DNA of 64,000 bases from Eledone cirrhosa (lineage: Eukaryota). Made by a program: the position numbers and the translations under genes. The stretch spans positions 114,886,001 through 114,950,000 of the forward strand of contig OZ024740.1 in the NCBI GenBank assembly GCA_964016885.1. Direction: 5' to 3'. Below the pieces are notes generated by a model, which was not told the origin of the DNA, searched no databases, and saw nothing but the letters and a program-made list of their open reading frames with translations. The stretch's first letter is position 1; every line of letters begins with the position of its first letter. This document shows positions 14,594 to 27,817 of this stretch, piece by piece.

Positions 14594-15599
14594 CGATAAT
14601 AATGGAGCTGCGGCGTTGCAAATGGGATACATATGAAAAAGTGAGTCCTTCATCAGTGACCCTCCAACCGTCCTGGGCATTTCATCGCTTTAAGGGCCAT
14701 ATGCCTCGGGTTGGTGCGAACAACGGCTAAAAAAAGTCGTTGGGACACGTAAATAAAGGGGGACGCCAGAGTAACAACAAAAAAGTTTTAGCAACGGAAA
14801 GTGAGTAGAAATAGACAAGTCCCAGATCTCTATGAATATAAACTCTGTGAAATCGTGAACAAGAGACAAAAGACCATCAAACCTGGTTGAAATGTGAGCA
14901 AGGAAAGAATTTCGCCCAAGTTTGACGGGGGGGAAAAAAGAGAGAGAGAGAGGAGAAGAAGAAGAAGAAGAAGAAGAAGAAGAAGAAGAAGAAGAAGAAG
15001 AAGAAGAAGAAGAAGAAGATAAAGGGGTCTGGTCTACGAATTCAGTAAACGCAAGTTTTGTGAAGTCGCAGACGAAAGAGAGAGAGAAAAAAATTCCATA
15101 CCAGCTCGGTCAAGACCGCGCGAGAAAAGAATTGCACACAGGTCAAACTTGAAGGAGGAGGAGGAAAGAGGAGGAGGAGAGGTAGTGACAGAGAATGAGT
15201 GAGTGAAAGTTGAGGAGGAGGCTAACAGAGAGAGAGAAACTGCTAGAAGGGGTAAATATACAAACGAAACAGGAATGGCAGCATGGAAAAAATATATGTG
15301 TAAATATGATAATAATGGAGCTGCGGCGTTGCAAATGGGATACATATGAAAAAGTGAGTCCTTCATCAGTGACCCTCCAACCGTCCTGGGCATTTCATCG
15401 CTTTAAGGGCCATATGCCTCGGGTTGGTGCGAACAACTTTCCGTTGCTAAAACTTTTTTGTTGTTACTCTGGCGTCCCCCTTTATTTACGTGTCCCAACG
15501 ACTGTTTTTAGCCGTTGTTCGCACCAACCCGAGGCATATGGCCCTTAAAGCGACGAAATGCCCAGGACGGTTGGAGGGTCACTGATGAAGGACTCACTT

Positions 15600-15606
<7 letters not shown>
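14592..15606 (-). mobile_element. Non-coding PLE-type element with tandem and inverted terminal repeats (family E)
   Basis: 14595-14726 is repeated directly at 15308-15437; 15438-15606 is an inverted copy of about 14630-14800; TA flanks; homologous to 21110-21865. Confidence 0.75.
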
Positions 15607-15640
<34 letters not shown>

Positions 15641-15643
<3 letters not shown>

Positions 15644-16262
15644 TTTCTGAATTTGTTTAGCAAGACTCTTTATCTGAAAACGTGTGTTGAAACCGGTATT
15701 GTTATACTTTGGGAGGGTCATGTTGCCAATAAGAAACACACGCACCACTTGCTTCACTTCAATTTATTATCACAAATTTATAAATTTTGGAATTTATAAA
15801 TTTATACAACCCCTAGAGGTGAATTAGCTTACAAATTTAGAAGGGCCCTAGATAAACATAAACTCAATATTAAGATAGTAGAAAGACCAGGTACCTCCAT
15901 AAAAACACTTATAAGCAATACATACCCTTTCCAAAGACCTCCCTGTATAGAAAAGAAATGTATAATCTGTAAATTAAGCCCCCATATTAACTGTAAAACT
16001 AGAAATGTAGTATATAGCATAATATGTACTGAAGGACAATGTAGAGATAAGAATATAGTGTACATAGGTGAGACAGCTCGTAGTATAGGGGAACGGATAA
16101 ATGAACATTGGCGAGACCTTCAAGATAGTAAAGAATCATCTGTACCAACATGCTAAAATAGAACATTAGGATAAATTAGAGAACATAGAAATAAAAATAG
16201 AATCTACACACAGAAAAGACGCAATGTTTAGACAAATCACAGAGGCAATAAAGGATCTAATT
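15641..16262 (+). mobile_element. PLE fragment: inverted family-G-like terminus plus GIY-YIG coding remnant
   Basis: From 15809 it translates TPRGELAYKFRRAL...CIICK...CKTRNVVYSIICTEGQC...YIGETARSIGERINEH, homologous to ORF 11597-12151. Confidence 0.85.
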
Positions 16263-16399
16263 GTCATTGTATATATATATATATATGCGTGTGTGTGTGT
16301 GAGTGTGTCTGTGTGTATGTGTGTCTGTGTCTGTATATATATATATATATGTATATATATATACATATGTTCAAGGTATATATACATGTGTTCAAGAAA

Positions 16400-17610
16400 G
16401 CATTGCTAGTTGTACTCTACAATATAAGTAGCAGACTTGATTGTGGCAACTATCGTCCTATCAGGCTATTGAGTCACGTTTACAAGCTTTTCATGAGTAT
16501 TATTGCAGCACGAATGAAGTCAGACCTTCACGCCTCATTTCCTGAAGTACAAGCTGCGTATCAACCTGGAAGGAACACCATTGAGCAGATCCTAGCTATT
16601 GAATAAATCATTGAGAAATCAATAGATTTCAATAACCATGTGCACATCACCTCCATTGACTTCACAAAAGCTTTTAATAATGTGAAACTACCCACCTTGT
16701 GGCAACTCTTAAAGAAGACCTTACTTAACAAAAAAATACATCAACCTACTGAAAGAAACTTACATATATCAAATCAGGTTTAAGAACTACTCGCTGTATA
16801 GACATCTTGACGGGAGTTAAGCAAGGGGGTGTACTATCAGCACTTCTTTTCTATATAGTTATAGCTGTACTTATATACCAAACAAAAGAGGAATGCCCTC
16901 TGGCTATCAAATAGGAAGTAAATCCTATCAAATCTTAGCTATATAGACGATCTGGCCATCATGAGTTACTCTAGAAATGATCTGCAAGACTTTCTGAATG
17001 TACTGACCAAACATTCGGTGGAGACTGGCTTACACATCAACATCTCCAAAACAATGTGTATGACAACTGACAAAAACAATGCCAATCGCCAACCAGCAAA
17101 TTGCTCAAGCTACAGAGTTTGTATATATATCGGTCACAAACTATCATCAAAGAACAATGGAATGGTTGCTGTACAGCATTGCATCGCTGTAGATCTGGCA
17201 GCTTTCAACAACAACAAAGAAGTACTAATATCAAAACGAGTTTCCTATCATTTGCAGTCTAAGTACTTTGATATTTACATCCTACCAGTCGTATTATATG
17301 GTCTTGACTATGTTAATTGGACGACAAGGTCACTTTAGAAGCTCTCTACATTCCAGAACCACATCATGAGACATATGACTGGCAAGCGGCTCAACGACCG
17401 TATCTGTATCAGTGAGCTGCTTAACATTACCAGACTTAGACCAATTACATCAATTTTCAAGCCAACAGTACTCAAATTATACAGTGATATAAAGATATGT
17501 GATACGGTGATATAAAAGATCAACGCGTGGTGTGAGTAGGTTATGCCTGGAACAAAGGTTGGCTGGTAAGAGAAGCAGAGGCCGGCAGCCAAAACGATGG
17601 TTTGATAATG
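16400..17610 (+). mobile_element. Degraded LINE RT (RTE/CR1-like)
   Basis: CGNYRPIRLLSHVYKLF, QAAYQPGRNTIEQI, IDFTKAF, GVKQG.VLS, GLHINISKT, ILPVVLYG; many frameshifts. Confidence 0.85.
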
Positions 17611-17769
17611 TCAAATTCTAGACTGGACTTGATCTTTGCTCTTTGAACTCTGTTGCTGGTGATCGAACTTTGTGCTGGTGATCGAACTTTGTCTCATGTT
17701 GATGCGCAGTCGGCAACTGGCGGAGTTTAGCGTCACAAGAAGAATATGTATATGTATGTATATATAAAT

Positions 17770-18178
17770 ATAGGAGGTGAGTTTTATTGTAGTACAATAA
17801 AGCAATGCAGATATCGGATAAGTATCATTCTACAGTTTGTAGGACTGGAGTATAAATAATATATAAGATCAAAGGATGGTTAAAAGAGTTCCATGTATTT
17901 TATTATGCGCATTTCAAAAACAAATATCATCATGCGATAACATTTGCGTTTTCGTCAGATAAAATAGGGAGACATGAAGCTTAAGAAACACTTGTAAATA
18001 GAGCAGTTTTAATGATTTAAAACTGCACTATTCACAAGTGTTTTTTAACCTTCATACCATGTCTCCCTATTTTATCTGACGAAAACGCAAATGTTAACGC
18101 ATGATGATATTTGTTTTTGAAATGCGCATAATAAAATACATGGAATTCTTTTAACCATCTTTTGATCTTATATATTAT
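17770..18178 (-). mobile_element. Miniature fold-back PLE derivative (family D)
   Basis: 17862-17992 is inverted at about 18036-18172; the tail lies on the left; homologous to 37699-38122. Confidence 0.85.
18068..18138 (+). ncRNA. Type I hammerhead ribozyme, minimal stem III with palindromic GCGC loop
   Basis: tattttat-CTGACGA-aaac...gtttt-GAAA-t GCGC a-TA-ataaaata (8-bp stem I); mirror copy at 17896-17966. Confidence 0.8.
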
Positions 18179-18183
18179 ATAAA

Positions 18184-18216
<33 letters not shown>

Positions 18217-18309
18217 TTATTAAAATATATATGTATATGTGTAAAAAAAAAAAAATATATATATATATGTAAATATATATATATATATATGTTTAAATAT
18301 ATATATGTT

Positions 18310-18340
<31 letters not shown>

Positions 18341-18859
18341 GTATATATATATATATATATATAGTTTTAATATAGATGATATTCTACAGGACTAGAACTG
18401 TTTCATTCTTTAGAAATCATCAATGGAAAATACTCCAGTAAGCGCGCTCTTACAACGGAGGACACAAGAGCTGCGACCTTTGTATCTCAGAGAGCTAGGA
18501 AATTTTATTCGCCAAGGGCAAGCTACTGAACAAATTCTCTGAACACTGCCCGAACTGCATGCACAAGAACTTTGCAACTTTCAAATACTTTAAGCCAGGG
18601 TTAAAGCCCGATGGTTAAAAACGACCTCCTCCTATTAGCCCCTATACCTCCTTTCCACCCTACCCCACCCCTCCTCAACCTGAAATACCGCCACTATGGT
18701 TATGTGAGTACCTCTTACCTCTCTGCATTTTCTGCCTGTAGAGCTGTTTTTATGTGCCTGTGTATATGCGTATATTTATTGAGTACTTATTTATTTGTAT
18801 GTGTATATATCTGTGTGTATGTGTGTATATGTATGTGTATGTATATGTAAGTATGTGTG

Positions 18860-18908
<49 letters not shown>

Positions 18909-18978
18909 GTGTGTGTATATATGTATATATATATATGTATATGTGTGTATATGTGTATGTGTGTATATATGTGTGTAA

Positions 18979-19010
<32 letters not shown>

Positions 19011-19109
19011 ATATATGTGTATATATGTGTGTGTGTGTGTATATATATATAAGTGTATATATGTGTATATATATGTGTGGATATGTATATGTTTATATAT
19101 ATATATATG

Positions 19110-19164
<55 letters not shown>

Positions 19165-19189
19165 GTGTATGTATGTATATATGTGTGTG

Positions 19190-19228
<39 letters not shown>

Positions 19229-19245
19229 GTGTGTGTATGTATGTA

Positions 19246-19306
<61 letters not shown>

Positions 19307-19319
19307 ATATGTATGTGTG

Positions 19320-19376
<57 letters not shown>

Positions 19377-19443
19377 ATGTATGTGTATGTGTATGTGTGT
19401 ATGTGTATGTGTGTATATATATATATATATGTGTGTGTATGTA

Positions 19444-19486
<43 letters not shown>

Positions 19487-19504
19487 GTGTATGTGTATGT
19501 TTAA

Positions 19505-20535
<1,031 letters not shown>

Positions 20536-20559
20536 ATATATATATATATATACATATGT

Positions 20560-20623
<64 letters not shown>

Positions 20624-20659
20624 TGTTTTTGTGTTGCACCATAGAGCATGTGTGTTTAC

Positions 20660-21858
20660 GTATGTCATTGTGTTTATATGTGGGTAGAGATGTGTGCTGA
20701 TGTAGGTATGTATGTTGACGTGTGTATGTTGTTGGTTCGTCTTAGGGAGAAGTGTTTAGACGGGGTCCGTATTTATTAATAAAGTAAGATTCCTTGCTGA
20801 TGCGCTGGGTGTGGGTGGCATTATCTTTAAATTTGTAGAGGGGAAAGATTCTGAAGTTGGGATGATTTTGGGCGGCACAGGCATCAATGTGTTCACTCAG
20901 TGGTATTTTCCTGTATTCCCGTATTTTAATTTCGGATCTATTGACAGTCATGCGTTGGCGGAGGCTGATTCTGCTCTGGCCTATGTATTGTTCTCGACAA
21001 CCTGAGCAAATAATACATATATTAGATTTTCCGATGCACATGTGAAATTGTGTTTTACTATAAAACGTTGTCCTTCCGAACCCTCTATTAATATTCCCTA
21101 CAAGTTAGCCAACGTGTCGCAACGACTTTTTTTAGCCGTTGCTCGCATCAACCGGAGGTATATGGTCTTTAAAGCGATGAAATACCAATGACGGTTGGAA
21201 GATCACTGATGAAGGACTAGCTTTATTCATATGTAACCCATTAGCAACCCCGCAGCACCTTTATTCTCATATTTACACATATTTTTTCCCCGCTGTTACC
21301 CGTCTATTTCGTTCTCACTGCTTCCTCTTTCTCTGTATCTTTACCCTCTCTAGCAGTCACTCTCTCTGTTAGCCTCTTCCTCACCCTTCACTCCCTCATT
21401 CTCTGTTACTACCTCTCCTCCTCCTCCTTATTCCCGTTTGACCTGTGCGTAATTCTTTTCTTTCGCACCCTTGGTCTGGCAGGTCGCTTTTTTTCTCTCT
21501 CTCGTCTACGATTTCACAGAACTTACGTTCACCGAATTCACAGACTAGATCCCTTCTTCCTCCCGTTAGACCTGTACGGAATTCCTTCCTTGCTCACATT
21601 CCAACCAGGTTTGATGGTCTTTATTCTCTCTCGTTCACGATTTCATCGTATTTAAATTCATAGAAATTTGGGACTTGACTCCTTCTTCCTCACTTTTCGT
21701 TGCTTCACCATTTTTGTTTGTTTACACTCGTGTCCCCTTTATTTACGTGTCCCAACGACTTTTTTTAGCCGTTGCTCGCATCAACCGGAGGTATATGGTC
21801 TTTAAAGCGATGAAATACCAATGATGGTTGGAAGATCACTGATGAAGGACTAACTTTA

Positions 21859-21865
<7 letters not shown>
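20660..21865. mobile_element. GIY-YIG fragment (minus strand) joined to family E direct repeats (plus strand)
   Basis: ORF 20742-21041 has CSGCREQYIGQS..LRQR...LSEH...KESYFI....P.LN; direct repeats at 21116-21231 and 21748-21863. Confidence 0.75.
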
Positions 21866-21913
<48 letters not shown>

Positions 21914-22412
21914 ATGTGTATGTGTGTGTGTTTATGGGTGCGCGCGAGTGTGTGAGTGAGTGTTTTTGTGAATGTGTCTGTTGATTTTTGGCATATAGTT
22001 GAATAGTTTAAGAGAAATTTGAAGATAATATTTTAAAGATAATATTTTGAATTTGTCTACAGAATTCTCTAAACCTTTGTCACTTAGTAGAACCTTAAAG
22101 AATTTAGCTTTTAAAGAATCTCCCTTTCCTTTAAATCCATCAACCATGACTGACCCCCACTGATCTTATAGACACCTGTTAGCTTAAGAGAAACTTAATA
22201 ATAAGGAGTGGCACCCCATCCTGAGCTTGTTTATAGAATTCTTTCTGCCTTTGTTACTCTAAAAATAAAAATTAAAATAAACTATAGCTTTGTAGAATTA
22301 GCTTTTAATGAATTCCCTTTTCTATCAACCAATGACCTACACCCATCCCACTCCCTATCCTCTCCCACCACTTGAAGAGACCTATAAATACCATACTTAT
22401 TTTTTGATACCC

Positions 22413-22463
22413 AGATTCCTGATGATTTCTAAAGAATGAAACAGTTCTAGTCCTGTAGAATCT
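22413..22463 (+). ncRNA. Type I hammerhead ribozyme (family A)
   Basis: agattc-CTGATGA-t ttc taaa gaa t-GAAA cag ttctagtc ctg TA-gaatct; stem I covaries with the copy at 9250-9300. Confidence 0.8.
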
Positions 22464-22559
22464 CATCTGTATTAAAACTTTTATACTCTGCAATGTATTG
22501 AGTACCTTACTTACTGTGGTTACCTCCGATTCAACCCAGAATAACGTATATATATATAT

Positions 22560-22820
22560 TAGTTTTGCGAGGTTTTTTATATGAAATCGTGCGTCGAAAC
22601 AAATATTGTTATACTTGGGGAGGGTCATATTTGTGTAATATTGCCAGAATTAATAACAGAACACACTCACTGTTTGGTTGGTTTTCGCTTTTCTAGGACC
22701 GAATAAATTAGATTACCGATATGAAAGACACAGAAGCGACAACCAACCAAACAGTAAGTGTGTTCTGTTATTAATTCTGACAATATTACACAAATATAAC
22801 CCACCCAAGTATAACAATAT
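22560..22820 (-). mobile_element. Miniature fold-back derivative of family G PLE
   Basis: 22603-22690 is inverted at about 22733-22820; tail at 22560-22602 matches 11031-11072; TA flanks. Confidence 0.85.
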
Positions 22821-22825
22821 ATATA

Positions 22826-23557
22826 TAGAGAGCTTAAAAGTGAACAGTTGCAACATATATATATCTTTAATTTTATGTATATGATAACCTTTATATTTAA
22901 TAAACTCCCAATTGGTTGAGATTAAATTTGGCGATATATGGCTGCGCTTTCTAGCAGCAAGCCTACCCGCCGTAAGCAACCAATCACACTATTTCTCTCT
23001 GGCTGGAACACAGCTATATAGCGATTTTTAGCCATTTTTGAATCTAAATTTGGCGGGATCGGATTGAAAAACTAAATGTCTGATTTTGAGTTCATCCGCT
23101 GATGAAACTAACTCTGGAAATTCAAATTATTTGGATGTCCTAAATAAGGAAGAAACGATGGTAGGGATATAATTACGGTATGTGCGCATTTCTTCTAAGT
23201 TTAATTTTACTACTAATTGTGTGTGGTTGATGATATATTTGGTCGAAGTCTGCATGTTGTCAAAATGTTCGATAAATAATGGAACGGGGCTGCCGCGAAG
23301 AGGCTACGATCGATTGTTTGTCAGAGATTTCCCCATAAGAAAATTTATTCTTAAAGCTTGCTAGATTTTATTTTGTATAAGGTTAATTATGCTAATTAGA
23401 AGAAGAAATAGTATATATTTTAATATCTGAGGATTCTAAAGACATGATTTATGATATAATGCTCTGATTTTTTTATTTTAATTTATTAATTCTTCATAGA
23501 GCTTAAAAGTGAACAGTTGCAATATATATATATCTTTAATTTTATGTATATGATAAC

Positions 23558-23565
<8 letters not shown>
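22826..23565 (+). mobile_element. Non-coding element with approximately 68-bp terminal direct repeats
   Basis: agagcttaaaagtgaacagttgcaa...ataacctttatat at about 22828-22896 and 23498-23565; HHR-like core at 23093-23137. Confidence 0.65.
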
Positions 23566-23611
<46 letters not shown>

Positions 23612-23617
<6 letters not shown>

Positions 23618-26600
23618 TTATTAAAATAACAGATTAAAGTTTAAGCAAAGAATCGCTGCTTTCACCCTTAACGGGATCTTCTGAAACTAACAAAGTCAAT
23701 CTGTAAACGCCGAAGTGAATATTTCAAAAAACGTTGCAACCGGAGGAAGACAGGAAGAGGATATTTTGGTTCGTGGAAACGTTCGCTGGCTAAGAACGGG
23801 AAAAAACGAATATAATACGTCATTAATAGGAGCGATGAAAAACAATTACGCGCAAAGACAGAACCACGTTTATGGTATAAAAGAGGTCGTAGACTAATGT
23901 TCTCTTAGGTGGTGCATAGAGACGTTCTCTGGCGATGAACGAAAAAAACGAAGATAATACGTCATATGTGGATCGTGGAGAACAATAGCACGCAAAGACA
24001 AAACCACGTAAATGGTATAGCAGAAGTCGTAGACTAAATTCTAACTAGGAGACCGAATGAATCTCCGCTACGGAGTTAAGAACAAAGTAAATAAATACAA
24101 TACAGAAGTAATAGAAGTAAATTAATACATACACGCAAACAGAAACGTACATACACAAGCATACGCAAAAACTTACCATTGGTAAACAAAACCACGCATA
24201 TATAAATATGTGTGTGTGTGTAAGCGTGTATACAAATAAATAAATAATTATATAAACGTATATAAATAAATAAATACGTATATAACAAGTGCACACACAT
24301 ACCTACATGTAAATACACGAAAGTTCGGAGACGTAAGTCAACCAAAACATGAAGTACACATATACACACGCCCTGCATGCGTACGAACCTGCATACTCAC
24401 ACAGACGCAAAACTCCCGTATACACATAGCCGAACCATATGTACCAGAATATATAAAAAAATTATACGCCATAACAATCAAATATACGTACGAGAAGGTA
24501 TACGTACCTTCACAAAACATACGGATAATATATACTTACCTATGCAAATAAGTAAAGGTATAAACAAAACATATACTTAGCTCCCACATCGAGACGTAAA
24601 ATATCCACGTATAGATCGTACTATCCGTTAGGGTATAACGTGGGGCTGTAATACAGGAAAGTTTTGTGCAATTTATGTTTACAAGCCGAAATTGCCTCAG
24701 ATTTTTTGTTTAAGGTGTGGTCTGTGGCGTAGAGTATTTCCAGGGCCTCAGCGGCGCAGAGGACACATGGTCTTTTATTTCCGTTATACGATCTAGCCCT
24801 CGCTAGGATCTCTCAGTGTAACTTATATTGGGTGTGGTTGTCTTTCAGACTCCAGATATAAGCTGAAAGTGACGTCATATTCCCTCTTAGAGGGTAACGA
24901 AAAGAATGGATATGCATGTAAAGACGTTGCTTGAATCTATTGGCGGTTAACCCTATGTAGGCCCTACGGGACGTTGGTGTTACAACCTTACATTTGTAGA
25001 CAATGTTACTAGAGAGGCATTTCCCGGATAGGGGGGAATGAACCCGATTCCTACAATTACAGTTAGTACTAACTACAGGGTTGCACGTGATCCTACGGCT
25101 AGGTAGTTTAGCTAAATTTGAAGCTGTGATGTTATGTGCAAGGTTAGGAGTAGTAGAGTAAGAAATGTTAATAGTATTTCTATTAAAAATTTTACTATAT
25201 TTATGTGTAGGGGGAAAATGCTTCGTAATAAGGGAAAGAAAGATCTTAGCTAATGGTGTGGCCACCTCCATATTATATGGTGGGTTATACCAACAAATGC
25301 GACGGGATCTATTTCTTCTAGGTCTATTTTCGTACTCTGTATATGCTACCTTATCGACAAATCCACTTCGAGCAAGAGCTTCATTGTAATAAGTGGAATG
25401 GTCGTTGAAAATACGCTCGTTGGTGGAAAGACGCGAAAGCCTCAACGAAACGTTTCTTACCAGGTTCTTGGTTATGCTGGCAGGATGGTTAGAATGCTTA
25501 CTTATGTAATTAAGCGTATCATTCGGCTTTCTATACGGGTAATACAACCCATTCAATAAGTTGAGGGTAACGTCGAGGTAATTAACGACCGAGAGATTGG
25601 CCTCAACCTGTATAGAGAGGTTGAAGCCTTTAAAGAAGGCTGTGAGTTCTTTTCTGAACCTGTCGCAAGCACGAGGTCCGCACTTAGTCATGGTCAAAAG
25701 ACCATCGTCACGGTACAAACCACCGCCACAGACCACACATTAAACAAAAAATCTGAGGCAATTTCGGCTTGTAAACATAAATTGCACAAGACTTTCCTGT
25801 ATTACAGCCCCACGATATACCCTAACGGACAGTACGATCTATACGTGGATATTTTACGTCTCGATGTGGGAGCTAAGTATATGTTTTGTTTATACCTTTA
25901 CTTATTTGCATAGGTAAGTATATATTATTCGTATGTTTTGTGAAGGTACGTATACCTTCTCGTACGTATATTTGATTGTTATGGCGTATAATTTTTTTAT
26001 ATATTCTGGTACATATGGTTTGGCTATGTGTATACGGGAGTTTTGCGTCTGTGTGAGTATGCAGGTTCGTACGTATGTAGCGCGTGTGTATATGTGTACT
26101 TCATGTTTTGGTTGACTTACGTCTCCGAACTTTCGTTGTATTTACATGTAGGTATGTGTGTGCGCTTATTATATACGTATTTATTTATTTATATACGTTT
26201 ATATAATTATTTATTTATTTGTTTACACGCTTATACACACACACACATTTATATGTGCGTGGTTTTGTTTACCTATGGTAAGTTTTTGCGTATGCTTGTG
26301 TATGTACGTTTCTGTTTGCGTGTATGTATTTATTTACTTCTATTACTTCTGTATTGTATTTATTTACTTTGTTCTTAACTCCGTAGCGGAGATTCATTCG
26401 GTGTCCTAGTTAGAATTTAGTCTACGACTTCTGCTATACCATTTACGTGGTTTTGTCTTTGCGTGCTATTGTTCTCCACGCTCCACATATGACGTATTAA
26501 CTTCGTTTTTTTCGTTCATTGCCAGAGAACGTCTCTATGCACCACCTAAGAGAACATTAGTCTACGACCTCTATTATACCATAAACGTGGTTCTGTCTTT

Positions 26601-26930
26601 GCGCGTAATTGTTTTTCACCGCTCCTATTAATGACGTATTATATTCGTTTTTTTCCGTTCCTTGCCAGCGAACGTTTCCACGAACCAAAGTATCGTCTTC
26701 CTGTCTTCCTCCGGTTGCAACGTTTTTTGAAATATCCACTGCTGCGTTTACAGATTGACTTTGTTAGTTTCAGAAGATCCCGTTAAGGGTGAAAGCAGCG
26801 ATTCTTTGCTTAAACTTTAATCCGTTATTTTAATAAATATTTGCTCTACGGTTCTTATATATTTGGTATATATTTATCCTTATCGAGCCCTCTTTAGATT
26901 TGAGTCTTCAAATTTATTATTATTATGGAC
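23612..26930. mobile_element. PLE insertion: approximately 1.1-kb inverted arms around a YRDD RT/GIY-YIG fragment
   Basis: Arms at 23612-24729 and 25724-26839; ORF 24813-25736 (GLYRDDGL, NYLDV, SNHP, WYNPP, CNC, VYKC..YIG); unique tail at 26840-26930. Confidence 0.92.
26766..26816 (+). ncRNA. Hammerhead-like fold with a CAGAAGA core
   Basis: agttt-CAGAAGA-t ccc gttaa ggg t-GAAA gca...tgc TT-aaact; identical in the mirror copy at 23638-23688. Confidence 0.6.
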
Positions 26931-26934
26931 ACAC

Positions 26935-27080
26935 TAGAAGAGGAAGACCAAGGTTAACGTATGTTGATGCCCTAAGGACAGACACTGGTCTGTTGGAGAC
27001 GCAGGACATGGCAGCGATAATGAGGGACAGAGACCGCTGAGAGAACTCGTCCATGGATCTCGGGAATTTTTACGCCTTAG
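26935..27080 (+). mobile_element. 3' end fragment of the RTE-like LINE
   Basis: Reverse complement of about 13343-13475. Confidence 0.85.
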
Positions 27081-27160
27081 ATATATATATATACTGTTAT
27101 ACTTGGGGAGGGTTATACTTGTGTAATATTGCCAGAATTAATAACAGAACACACTCACTG

Positions 27161-27261
<101 letters not shown>

Positions 27262-27817
27262 GTATAAAAAACAACAATACAATATAATTACCTCATTACC
27301 AGAGGTTTCCCGAATAAGGCGAATACGAAAGAAACGTCTTCATTCGTTCGTCGGACTAGGCAATATAAAACATATCTAAATATTCAGAAAGTCTCCTCAA
27401 GAAATGCAAAAAAAAAAAAAAATTATGTAAATATAGATGAAGGTAATACAATAGACATATAAAATATATAAAAAAATGTTAAGAAATATAGTTAGGTGTG
27501 TGTATATGTATGTATATACACTCACAGATGTACATATGTATGTATGTACAAATGTGTGTGTATAGTGAAAATGTGTGCGTAAATTTATATATGAGGGTAA
27601 GTATATCTGTGTATATGTAACTACAGACACACACATGATAAGATGTCCGGTTGGCAGGTATACAGAACAACAGGGTATTAGATACATTATAAGAATATGA
27701 AGGCACACGTATAAACACACACACACGCGCGTACACTTATATGCGGAAGAAAAAGTGGTAAGGGAGTGTAATAGTAAAAAGAAAGTATCATTCTCGATAT
27801 ATTTATAAAAAAAAGAT

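Noticed and set aside
21165-21220. Possible SECIS element (ATGA...TGA), given the selenoprotein-coding Naiad PLEs
   Set aside because: No AA at the required spacing, weak helix II, no in-frame TGA at cysteine positions noticed, and the coding elements in this window have C-terminal endonucleases.
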